A stretch of DNA of 43,181 nt from an uncultured bacterium (GTDB lineage Bacteria; Muiribacteriota; Ozemobacteria; Ozemobacterales; Ozemobacteraceae): contig CAYRYU010000004.1 in assembly GCA_964428355.1 (NCBI GenBank), positions 131,261-174,441 on the forward strand, given 5' to 3'. Both the position numbers and the translations under genes were made by a program. The notes below the pieces were generated by a model. The model was not told where the DNA came from. It searched no databases and saw only the letters and a list, made by a program, of their open reading frames with translations. Positions within the stretch are counted from its first letter, which is position 1; every line of letters starts with the position of its first letter. Positions 9,706-17,601 of the stretch are shown here, one piece after another.

Positions 9706-12508
9706 TTTCCTCTTCCAATGTGAAGATCCTGACCGGTCCGGTTCGGCCTCTGATAGCCCTGAGCGGGAGATCCCGTACGATGATCCCCGGGAACTTGGGC
9801 TCGGGAACATCGATCGTTCCGAGGACCGAGGGAAGGTCGACCGTGCCCGCGAGCTTTTCGAGGCGGGCGGCCAGGTTCACGATATCGCCGATCACGGTGA
9901 AATCCATGCGCTTCTTTTCCGACCCGATATGACCTGCCACCACTGGCCCGATTCCGAACCCGATTCCATAAGCTGGAGCAGGCAAACCCAATTGGATTCT
10001 GTTTTCTCTCCACATCCTGAGGGATTCCCTCAATTCCAACGCCGCCCTTGATATCCCGGCCTCCAGGGCCGTGCTCCCCTCTCCCTGGAAAACCGCCATC
10101 ACTGCGTCTCCCAGCATCTTGTCGATCTCCCCGCCACAACGCCCGATGGCTTCCTGGCAGCGGAGGTGGAAATCGTTCATCAGCGAAACCGCCAACTCCG
10201 GTGACAACCCCTGTTCCACGTTCCGAAAATCCCTGAGGCCCGCGAAAAGGATCCCCAGTCTTTCCCGGGAGACGCTTGCCAACGGCCTCGATGAAGCCTG
10301 CCTTATGAGCTCGGGGCGGAGGAAGGATGCCATCCGCGCTTTTTGCCGAAGGCCAACGAGCATCCAGTTGAAACTGGCCCCCAGAATTCCCAGTTCGTCC
10401 TGGCTCCTGACCGGAACTCCCGCTTCATAGTCGCCTGCGTGGACCTTGCCGATTCCGCATGTCAACTCGAGCAATGGGGTCAGGAGGAACTTCCGGAGCA
10501 ACTTTCCTGCACCAATTGCCAACGAAAGCGAGGAGAAAAAGAGAATCCCGAGGAATGGAATCGCATGCTGGGAGAAGCCCTGGACCCTTCCGGCCGGCAT
10601 GACGGCGGCAGCGACCGCGTCCATTCCACCAAGGGGCCTGCAAAGGACCAGGTATTTTTCGCCCTTGTGATCGAACTGCACGCACAGAGGTTGGCGCGTG
10701 GCTTCGGTAACATCGAGGATTCCCCGGACGAAGGGATGACGGGGCATTGCCTTGGTCCCACCCTGGAACATGGCCCGGATGAACAAGCCGTTCCTTGGGG
10801 GAAGTGACCCGAGCTTCCGTTTTATCGATTCCGCGGCGAGGGTTTCGAAGGAGAATACGAGGCAGGCTAGCGACTTGACCGAACCCTGACTGTCCCGAAC
10901 CAGGCCCGGGAAAACGACCCGTTTCTGGAACCCGGTTTCCAATCTGTGGAGTCGGTTGAGGAAAGAGTCCGCCCACCCCGCGAAACTCATCAACCCCGAT
11001 TGATGGAACTGGATTGGGGTTTCCAGAGCTTTTTCCGCCGCACCGACATCGAAGGTGAGGCTCGCGAGGGTTTGGCGAAGGACGGAGAAAGCGATGGAAA
11101 TGGTGGCCGAAAACTGTTTTCGTGGAAGGGTCGTGTCCAGGATGAATTTCCCGTCCCGGAAAATCAGCGATTGTCCGATCAGGCCGATCGGTTTGAAATG
11201 GCCCAGAACCCTGTCCATATCGCTGGGAGTCCGGACGTGGGCGAGGGAAAATGAGCCAAGGATCTTCGCCAGTTCGACCTCGACTTCTGCGAAGATGTCT
11301 GAAAGCGACTTTTCGATGCTTCCGATTTCCCGTTCGAGCCGGTTTTCCACTTCCTGACGGAGCGAAAGGTGGAGCTTGAGGGACTGCCGAAGGGTGCTGG
11401 TGGACATTGCTATCAGGGGAAACCCCGCGAGCAGTACCGTTCCGAGACTGAATTTCCCAACGAGGGAAAGCTTGGAAAAAAAACCTACCCCACCAGGGGC
11501 AGCCAGGAGCAACCCTACAGCCAGGACGAACAACCAAAGGGACCCTTGCAGACCCGTCAGCAGGGCTGGAGGGTCGAGAAATCCCCGGCCGGTGCGCTTG
11601 ATTCCGACGGTGAGGACGAGGTCCGGGTCGGTCTGCCAGAATCGCGAAAGGAAAACCGAGTCGGTGGTTTCGTATACGGGACGGCCCTTGCCTAGGTTCT
11701 CCAGAAGTCCGTGCTGGAGTCCGGGGGATATCTCGCCACCTTTGACTCCTTCTCCGGTCGACTGCCAGAACGCACCCAGGGAAACCCCCGAACCCTTACC
11801 GGCCCGGAGGAAACGTTCAACTTCCCACCCTTTTCTGGCGCGAAAAAGGGGTACCAGCGAAACCAGGGAGCCGACCGGGGGAGCTTTCCCAAAACGGAAA
11901 AGGGTCAGCGAGAGGAGATAGAGCCTGCCATCGAACAGGACTTCCATCGGACCCCGCCGGCAACCTAGCAGCCATTTCGGGTCAACCAGGTCCCCCATCC
12001 GGGTTCGGATAAGTGCCTGGGCTGCATAGCGTTCGCCTGGAGAGGGTTTTCGGGAACCGGAAAGGAAAGCCTGAAACCCCTTCCAGGCCCGAATTCCCTC
12101 CTGGGGAGGTGATTCACCTCGGGGGAACACCAGATTTCCCGCGCTGTCGAACCAGAAAAACCTGGAAGTCCGGGGGAAACGCTGCATCAACGATTTCTGG
12201 AGCTGTCCTGCGGAACCCGGGTCTAGTCTTCTTCTTCTTAGGAAATTTCTCGCGGAATCTTCCCATTTCCGGAAGGAGGTCCGTATGATCTCGACCCGGT
12301 CGGACCCGCGGATCGTTTCAGTCATGAAATACTTCGCGTTGTCGATGTCTTCGGCAGCGCATTTCCCCTCGAAAACCCGCACGATGTCCACGAGAAGCCC
12401 GTTCAGAAGCCAGGCGGGGACGACAACTCCCAGAGCGAAAAACAGAAACCCCAGGAGGCGGGAAAAGGAGGCCGGGGCGGTAGAGACCTTTTCAGTCTCC
12501 CCGGACAT
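9689..12508 (-). CDS. membrane-bound class III adenylate/guanylate cyclase with periplasmic sensor, HAMP domain and cyclase homology domain (paralog of downstream cyclase)
   Basis: CHD motifs ILFAGLRDFRNVE, KMLGDAVMAVF, GIGFGIGPVVAGHIGSEKKRMDFTVIGDIVNLAARLE; HAMP LGILGASFNWMLVGLRQK; TM helices; 17-nt overlap with upstream TPR gene. Confidence 0.85.
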   Translation of the reverse strand: MSGETEKVSTAPASFSRLLGFLFFALGVVVPAWLLNGLLVDIVRVFEGKCAAEDIDNAKYFMTETIRGSDRVEIIRTSFRKWEDSARNFLRRRRLDPGSAGQLQKSLMQRFPRTSRFFWFDSAGNLVFPRGESPPQEGIRAWKGFQAFLSGSRKPSPGERYAAQALIRTRMGDLVDPKWLLGCRRGPMEVLFDGRLYLLSLTLFRFGKAPPVGSLVSLVPLFRARKGWEVERFLRAGKGSGVSLGAFWQSTGEGVKGGEISPGLQHGLLENLGKGRPVYETTDSVFLSRFWQTDPDLVLTVGIKRTGRGFLDPPALLTGLQGSLWLFVLAVGLLLAAPGGVGFFSKLSLVGKFSLGTVLLAGFPLIAMSTSTLRQSLKLHLSLRQEVENRLEREIGSIEKSLSDIFAEVEVELAKILGSFSLAHVRTPSDMDRVLGHFKPIGLIGQSLIFRDGKFILDTTLPRKQFSATISIAFSVLRQTLASLTFDVGAAEKALETPIQFHQSGLMSFAGWADSFLNRLHRLETGFQKRVVFPGLVRDSQGSVKSLACLVFSFETLAAESIKRKLGSLPPRNGLFIRAMFQGGTKAMPRHPFVRGILDVTEATRQPLCVQFDHKGEKYLVLCRPLGGMDAVAAAVMPAGRVQGFSQHAIPFLGILFFSSLSLAIGAGKLLRKFLLTPLLELTCGIGKVHAGDYEAGVPVRSQDELGILGASFNWMLVGLRQKARMASFLRPELIRQASSRPLASVSRERLGILFAGLRDFRNVEQGLSPELAVSLMNDFHLRCQEAIGRCGGEIDKMLGDAVMAVFQGEGSTALEAGISRAALELRESLRMWRENRIQLGLPAPAYGIGFGIGPVVAGHIGSEKKRMDFTVIGDIVNLAARLEKLAGTVDLPSVLGTIDVPEPKFPGIIVRDLPLRAIRGRTGPVRIFTLEEENGTGN

Positions 12509-14045
12509 CGCGGTTGACCGACGGCCTTTTCAAGAGGGGTTCCACCCGCCCCAGAAGTTTGACGAAAGCCCTCAGCAGAAACCGCAGTCCTGACAGGAGA
12601 GGACCTCCAGGGGAAAGACGGGCGAGGCTGGGGCCCACACGTTCGTAAAGTTTGATCGAAGCCCGTCCTGAGGCACAACGACGGAGGAATTCATCCCGGA
12701 ACCTTCTGAGAATGATGGTTTCGGGACTTTGGGGACCGAACACCCGCGAAGCCACATAGCATGTGAATTGTTCTTCTTCCTTGACCTTCCCCGGTTGGTT
12801 CTTTCCGGGAAGGTTGGGGATGTACTCCGGTTCAAGGACGTTGATCTTTTCCAGGACCTTTGCGGCTTTCAGCGGGTTGTTTGCCAGGATGTGGCACCTG
12901 TAGGCTCCCTTGAGGGCGATCATGTTCTGAGGATCGAAGTTCAGAACCTCGTGGAAGTGGTCGAGGGCCTTCTTCGTGACAAGTACCGCTCCGTGTGATC
13001 CGGGGATTTTGGAATCGGCTTCTTCAAGGAGTTCCTGCCCCTTCATCAGCTCGTCCTCGATTCTGAGGCCCTGGATCCGGGCTTTTAGCCGCGCGGCTTC
13101 ACCGTCGTTGGGGACATTTTTCAACAGGAGATCGAGGCAGGAGATTCCGTCCTTGAACTTCTTCAGGGGAATCAGTACCTGGGCTTTCAGAAGGAGGAGT
13201 TTCTTATGGGTCGGGGCAACTTCCAGCCCAAGATTGATGGCTTTCAGGGACTTCTCGAACCTCTCCTCTGCGAAAAGGCGCTTGCCCTGCGCCAGGGAGT
13301 TCTGGGCACGCTTTTCGTTCATTCCCGCCCAGTAGGCTTGCGATTCCCCCAGGACCTTGCGGTAATCGACTATGTCATCCGCTTTCCCCAGCTCCGAAAG
13401 ACAGTGGATAACCCCCCTGATTGCAGGCTGGTTCATCGGTTCGAAGTTAAGCACTTCCCGATAGATGGCCAGGACCTTCTCGATCTGGGATTGGAACTTC
13501 TTTCGGAAGGCTTCGCTGCCGCTCTCATCTCCGGGATTCGATTCTTCGAACTCCTTGGTCGTCAGGCCAAGAACCTGGTTCCATTGCGCTTTGGCTTTTT
13601 CGAGCCGGAAATCGATCAGCTCCGACCTGAGCGCGTGGAAGCTCGAGTTGTCCGCCATGAAGAGAGGAAACTCGAAATAGAGTTTCTTGAAAATCTGGTA
13701 GGTTTCGGAGAGGTTCCCCATCGCCTTTCGGAGATGCCCCAGCAGGAGCAGATACTTGGGGGTTTCACCCGCCAGGTTTTTATACTCGTCCAGCCGTTTC
13801 TGGGCGATGTCGAAGTTCCCCAATAATATATCGTCTTCGATGATTTGATCGATATCGCCGAATCCTGCGGCGGGAAGGGGTTGGTCCTCGTCGACTCCCG
13901 TTTGCGGCGGGGGCCCGTTTCCCCCTTCCGGGCCGGGGGGGGCTTCGCCCTCCGGGGAAACAGCGGGCGGCGGGTTCTCCCCGGCCGGGGGTGGAACCTC
14001 CGGTGTTTTTGAGGGTTTTTCTTCAGCCATTTGGAGTGGTCCCAT
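12492..14045 (-). CDS. TPR-repeat protein with Pro-rich N-terminus and Cys-containing C-terminal module; first gene of cyclase operon
   Basis: Pro/Gly-rich N-term (PEVPPPAGENPPPAVSPEGEAPPGPEGG), repeated helical TPR-like segments, C-term FTCYVASRVFG...RRCASGRASIKLYERVGP. Confidence 0.7.
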   Translation of the reverse strand: MGPLQMAEEKPSKTPEVPPPAGENPPPAVSPEGEAPPGPEGGNGPPPQTGVDEDQPLPAAGFGDIDQIIEDDILLGNFDIAQKRLDEYKNLAGETPKYLLLLGHLRKAMGNLSETYQIFKKLYFEFPLFMADNSSFHALRSELIDFRLEKAKAQWNQVLGLTTKEFEESNPGDESGSEAFRKKFQSQIEKVLAIYREVLNFEPMNQPAIRGVIHCLSELGKADDIVDYRKVLGESQAYWAGMNEKRAQNSLAQGKRLFAEERFEKSLKAINLGLEVAPTHKKLLLLKAQVLIPLKKFKDGISCLDLLLKNVPNDGEAARLKARIQGLRIEDELMKGQELLEEADSKIPGSHGAVLVTKKALDHFHEVLNFDPQNMIALKGAYRCHILANNPLKAAKVLEKINVLEPEYIPNLPGKNQPGKVKEEEQFTCYVASRVFGPQSPETIILRRFRDEFLRRCASGRASIKLYERVGPSLARLSPGGPLLSGLRFLLRAFVKLLGRVEPLLKRPSVNRDVRGD

Positions 14046-14214
14046 GATACCGGATTAAATGATGTGGGGCAAGAATCTCGGACGGGTATCTCCCGGGAAC
14101 CTTGCGGGAAGAATGGAATTTGACCTTCAGGGAAACTTCTGTAACCATTTCATTTCGGGACCAAAGAAATGGATTGGAGGTCCGGTTTTCATTCATACCG
14201 CAAGGAGACTGATT

Positions 14215-15297
14215 ATGAGGATGCCGCGATTGTCCCTGTTGTTCCTGATGCTTCTCATACTGCCTGGATATGCGGGTCCCCCCCGGAATATCGTTCTGGT
14301 TTCCGAGGATGCCCGGGCTCACATCCGACCTGAACAGCTCGCACCGCTGGTGGCATTCGTGGATGAGTCAGGGAAGCCCCAGGATGAAATGTTCGACGGT
14401 TTCCTTTTCTTTGCTCTCAAGGCGGGCTCCGGAAGGGTGTTGGCCCCCAGCGGGGAGCTTGGTGTTTCCAGTGCAAACGAGGAGGACTTCAACTGGTATC
14501 TCGACGCCCTGTTCAAGGGACGAAAGCCCATCGAAATGCTTGACAAGGCAGTCGATTCGCTGCCTTCCGGACTGAAAGCAAGGAAGTCCGTCATCATTTC
14601 CATCCCTTACCCCGAATGGAAAACCCTCTTCCTTTTTCGCGTAAAATGGGTTGCAGGCTTCATCAAGGAAGCGGTCAGGAGGTTCAAGGCTGCGGAGTTC
14701 CGAAACCTTGACCTCGCAGGGTTCTACTGGCTGGAGGAATCCATTGCCCCGACGATGGGAGAGGGCGTTATAAAGGTCGCCGCGGAACTGACCCATGCCC
14801 TTGGATTGTCACTGTATTGGATTCCCTACTTCGGAGCGGATTACGGAATGGGGATCGCCAAACTGGTGGGCTTCGACAAGGTGATGGTCCAGCCCAACTA
14901 TGCCTACCGAAACGTCAACGAGAAACGGTTCATCGAAACCGAACAGAAAAGAAAAGCCCATGGCTTTTCGGTCGAGTTTGAGCTGGCCATGTACACTCGC
15001 AACCGTCCGAAACAGTCTTCCGACTGGCGATTCAGTTTTATCCAGTACTGTTACGCCGCACTGAACAACGGGTGGTTGAAGCTTCCCTTTGCCAGCTTCT
15101 ACAGCGGGGAGGCGTTCCACCTCATGTCCGCCAGGCCCGAGACCTACCCGTACTACCGGTTGGTGTACAAGCTACTGAAAAGGAGCCTGAAGAAGGCTGA
15201 CGTCGATGCCGTCAAAGCCTCTTTCACCGCGTCCACTGCACCCGCGAACTCCCTCTTGAAATCCCTGCGCCGCGAAAACCCGGGGACACACGACTAG
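14215..15297 (+). CDS. secreted hypothetical protein (signal peptide; unassigned conserved-domain-like region, possibly polysaccharide/TIM-barrel-like)
   Basis: ATG 14215 with AAGGAG 7 nt upstream; MRMPRLSLLFLMLLILPGYAG signal peptide; divergent from cyclase operon. Confidence 0.6.
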   Translation: MRMPRLSLLFLMLLILPGYAGPPRNIVLVSEDARAHIRPEQLAPLVAFVDESGKPQDEMFDGFLFFALKAGSGRVLAPSGELGVSSANEEDFNWYLDALFKGRKPIEMLDKAVDSLPSGLKARKSVIISIPYPEWKTLFLFRVKWVAGFIKEAVRRFKAAEFRNLDLAGFYWLEESIAPTMGEGVIKVAAELTHALGLSLYWIPYFGADYGMGIAKLVGFDKVMVQPNYAYRNVNEKRFIETEQKRKAHGFSVEFELAMYTRNRPKQSSDWRFSFIQYCYAALNNGWLKLPFASFYSGEAFHLMSARPETYPYYRLVYKLLKRSLKKADVDAVKASFTASTAPANSLLKSLRRENPGTHD

Positions 15298-15347
15298 TTT
15301 TCATCAGCAATCCGGTGCCGCAAGACCAGTTTTCATCGCCGCAGGGG

Positions 15348-15566
15348 CTACTCGGAATCGGGAGGTTCTGAGGCAGGACGGGAGGCTGGAAGTCCTTGGG
15401 ACGGCGCTGTGTCCAGGCGCGGACCTTTTTGGAGTATTCCCGGCTCCTCCTCCCATTCCGGCGTGGCGAGAAATTCCACCCACGCCTCATACTCGGTCGT
15501 GACCTGCTCCTCGAGCTCTCTCACTTCGTCCCCTGGCCAAGGACTGGAAAGAGTCATCAGAAACAT
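15348..15566 (-). CDS. small acidic hypothetical protein (72 aa)
   Basis: ATG preceded by perfect AGGAGG with 5-nt spacer (CCAGGAGGCGTTCATG); acidic, W/E-rich (EYEAWVEFLATPEWEEE). Confidence 0.4.
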   Translation of the reverse strand: MFLMTLSSPWPGDEVRELEEQVTTEYEAWVEFLATPEWEEEPGILQKGPRLDTAPSQGLPASRPASEPPDSE

Positions 15567-15774
15567 GGAACGCCTCCTGGTAAACGGATCAGGTTTTGGA
15601 AACCCAACTGCTTTCCGCCCGAGTTCTCTTTCGGAAGAACCTTACCCGGGGAAGGCTGTTTGTTACGGATTCTTCCAGTTTTTCTTGACCCGGAACGGTG
15701 GTATGGATATTCTTGATCAGACGGCCTCGGGTCACGGTTGGATTGTCCCGGACGGTGCTTCCGGGGAAAAACTG

Positions 15775-15860
15775 GAGGGGTTCCCGAAAGACTCGCCTGC
15801 GGGGTCCGCAGGGGAGGGGTTCCCGAAAGACTCGCCTGCGGGGTCCGCAGGAGAGGGGTC
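15775..15860. repeat. 2.2 copies of a 39-bp tandem direct repeat, each containing an internal 7-bp-stem hairpin (CCTGCGG GGT CCGCAGG), immediately upstream of comM start
   Basis: GAGGGGTTCCCGAAAGACTCGCCTGCGGGGTCCGCAGG(G/A) at 15775-15813 and 15814-15852, partial third copy 15853-15860. Confidence 0.8.
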
Positions 15861-15866
15861 TGAGAG

Positions 15867-17411
15867 ATGTTTTCGCTTGTCAAGAGTGGCGCAATTTCGG
15901 GGTTTGAACCGTTCATTGTCGAGGTTGAGGTCGATGTGGCGGGCGGGCTTCCGAATTTCGTCCTAGTGGGGCTTCCCGACGCTGCCGTATCCGAATCCCG
16001 GGAGAGGATCAAGGCCGCCCTGAAGAACAGCGACATTTCCCTCCCGAGCCGGAAGATCACCGTAAACCTCGCTCCCGCTGATGTCCGAAAGGAAGGAGCC
16101 GGTCTGGACGTCCCTATCGCGGTGGGGCTTCTCGTTGGATCGGGGCTGGTTCCGGCGGCAAGGGCAAAAGACTACCTTTTCGTCGGGGAGATGTCTCTCG
16201 ACGGAAGGCTCAGACACACCCGGGGAATTCTTCCTCTCGCCCTGATGGCGCGCGAGAAAGGGTTGAAGGGGCTGGTCGTTCCCTCGTCGAACGTTTGCGA
16301 AGCTGGAGTCGTCCCGGGAATCTGCGTCCACGGTTTCCGGACATTTGGGGAGCTCGTGGCAGCTCTTCAGATGGATGGACCGATGCCTTGTGATCCGGGG
16401 GAACGGCCTGTTTCGACATCCAGCATCCCATCGTTCAACCATGTCGATCTTGCAGAAATCAAAGGTCAGGCTTTCGCAAAAAGAGCCCTGGAAATTGCGG
16501 CCGCGGGGGGACACAACCTCCTGATGGTGGGCCCACCAGGTGCCGGGAAGACCCTTCTTGCGCGGGCGATTCCTACCATCCTTCCGGAACTCGAGTTCGA
16601 GGAAGCCGTTCAGGTGACAAAAATCTATTCGATAAAGGGGTTGCTTCCCCCGGGAAGCGGGCTGGTCGAGAAGCGCCCCTTCCGGGATCCACATCACACC
16701 GTCTCGGACGTCGCGCTCATCGGGGGTGGACGGGTTCCAGCTCCGGGAGAGGTTTCCCTTTCCCATAACGGGGTGCTCTTCCTTGACGAGATAACGGAGT
16801 TCAGAAAGTCGGTCCTGGAAGTCTTGCGGGAACCGCTTGCCGAGGGAAAGGTTTCGCTCGCACGGGCGGCCCAGACGAACGTTTTTCCCGCCCGTTTCCT
16901 CCTGGTTGCTGCAATGAATCCTTGCCCATGCGGTTTTGCCACGGACCCTGTCAAGGGTTGCGGATGCTCGTTGAGGCAGATTCGGGCGTACCAGCAGCGG
17001 CTGTCAGGACCTCTTCTCGACCGGATCGACCTCCAGATTTCCGTTCCCCGCCTGAAACCCGAGGAGCTCGCCCAGACCGGCCTGGGAGAAGCCTCGGTCA
17101 TTGTCCACGGGAGGGTGGCGGGGGCGAGGCAACGTCAACTCAAGCGTGGTTCCCGTGGCGAGGCCGGCCTGAATGCGCATCTTTCGGCCAGGATGATGAA
17201 GAAATTCTGCGTTCTGGACCAGGCATCGACGCATCTCCTCCTCGAAGCGGTGAGGAAGTTCGGCTTGTCCGCACGTGCCTACGACAAGATTCAGAGGGTA
17301 GCAAGGACCATAGCCGATCTTGAAGGAACCTGTGAAATCCGTATCTCACATGTTGCAGAAGCCATCCAATACCGGACCGCAGACCCCTTCCAGTCATCCG
17401 CCCAGGCTTGA
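15867..17411 (+). CDS. comM: Mg-chelatase-like AAA+ ATPase ComM/YifB family
   Basis: N-terminal Lon-protease-like domain, Walker A GPPGAGKT, C-terminal Mg-chelatase ChlI-like region; 514 aa. Confidence 0.9.
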   Translation: MFSLVKSGAISGFEPFIVEVEVDVAGGLPNFVLVGLPDAAVSESRERIKAALKNSDISLPSRKITVNLAPADVRKEGAGLDVPIAVGLLVGSGLVPAARAKDYLFVGEMSLDGRLRHTRGILPLALMAREKGLKGLVVPSSNVCEAGVVPGICVHGFRTFGELVAALQMDGPMPCDPGERPVSTSSIPSFNHVDLAEIKGQAFAKRALEIAAAGGHNLLMVGPPGAGKTLLARAIPTILPELEFEEAVQVTKIYSIKGLLPPGSGLVEKRPFRDPHHTVSDVALIGGGRVPAPGEVSLSHNGVLFLDEITEFRKSVLEVLREPLAEGKVSLARAAQTNVFPARFLLVAAMNPCPCGFATDPVKGCGCSLRQIRAYQQRLSGPLLDRIDLQISVPRLKPEELAQTGLGEASVIVHGRVAGARQRQLKRGSRGEAGLNAHLSARMMKKFCVLDQASTHLLLEAVRKFGLSARAYDKIQRVARTIADLEGTCEIRISHVAEAIQYRTADPFQSSAQA

Positions 17412-17431
17412 CCCGAAAATGGATCAACCCC

Positions 17432-17526
17432 AAAATCGGGGACATTAATTCGGGGACATGAGAATCTTTTTCCAAAAGATTCTCATGTCCCCGATTAAAT
17501 GTCCCCGATTCAACGCTCCGATTAAG
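17432..17526. promoter_or_regulatory. extended palindrome/repeat array: perfect 19-bp inverted repeat (GGGGACATGAGAATCTTTT / tcc / AAAAGATTCTCATGTCCCC) flanked by about 5 copies of AATCGGGGAC / GTCCCCGATT motif; candidate operator or structured element between comM and cNMP-binding gene
   Basis: read directly: 17452-17470 vs 17474-17492 perfect RC; outer arms 17432-17451 / 17493-17512 near-RC; additional copy CTCCGATTAAG 17516-17526; not followed by a T-run on either strand. Confidence 0.5.
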
Positions 17527-17542
17527 ATGGCCCTTTTGGGAA

Positions 17543-17571
17543 TTGACACAGGGGGACAGGATCGGTAGGAT
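17543..17571 (+). promoter_or_regulatory. sigma70-like promoter (-35 TTGACA, 17-nt spacer, -10 TAGGAT) for cNMP-binding/ATPase gene
   Basis: TTGACA 17543-17548, TAGGAT 17566-17571, AGGAGG RBS 17590-17595, ATG 17602. Confidence 0.4.
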
Positions 17572-17601
17572 GTGGAGTCAACTAGAACCAGGAGGGCATA
17601 G

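Noticed and set aside
15409-15966. 185-aa plus ORF spanning the 39-bp tandem repeat and the comM start
   Set aside because: Ser/Gly/Pro-rich low complexity. It overlaps the comM start in another frame and the strong-RBS 72-aa ORF on the other strand. The repeat is more parsimoniously non-coding.
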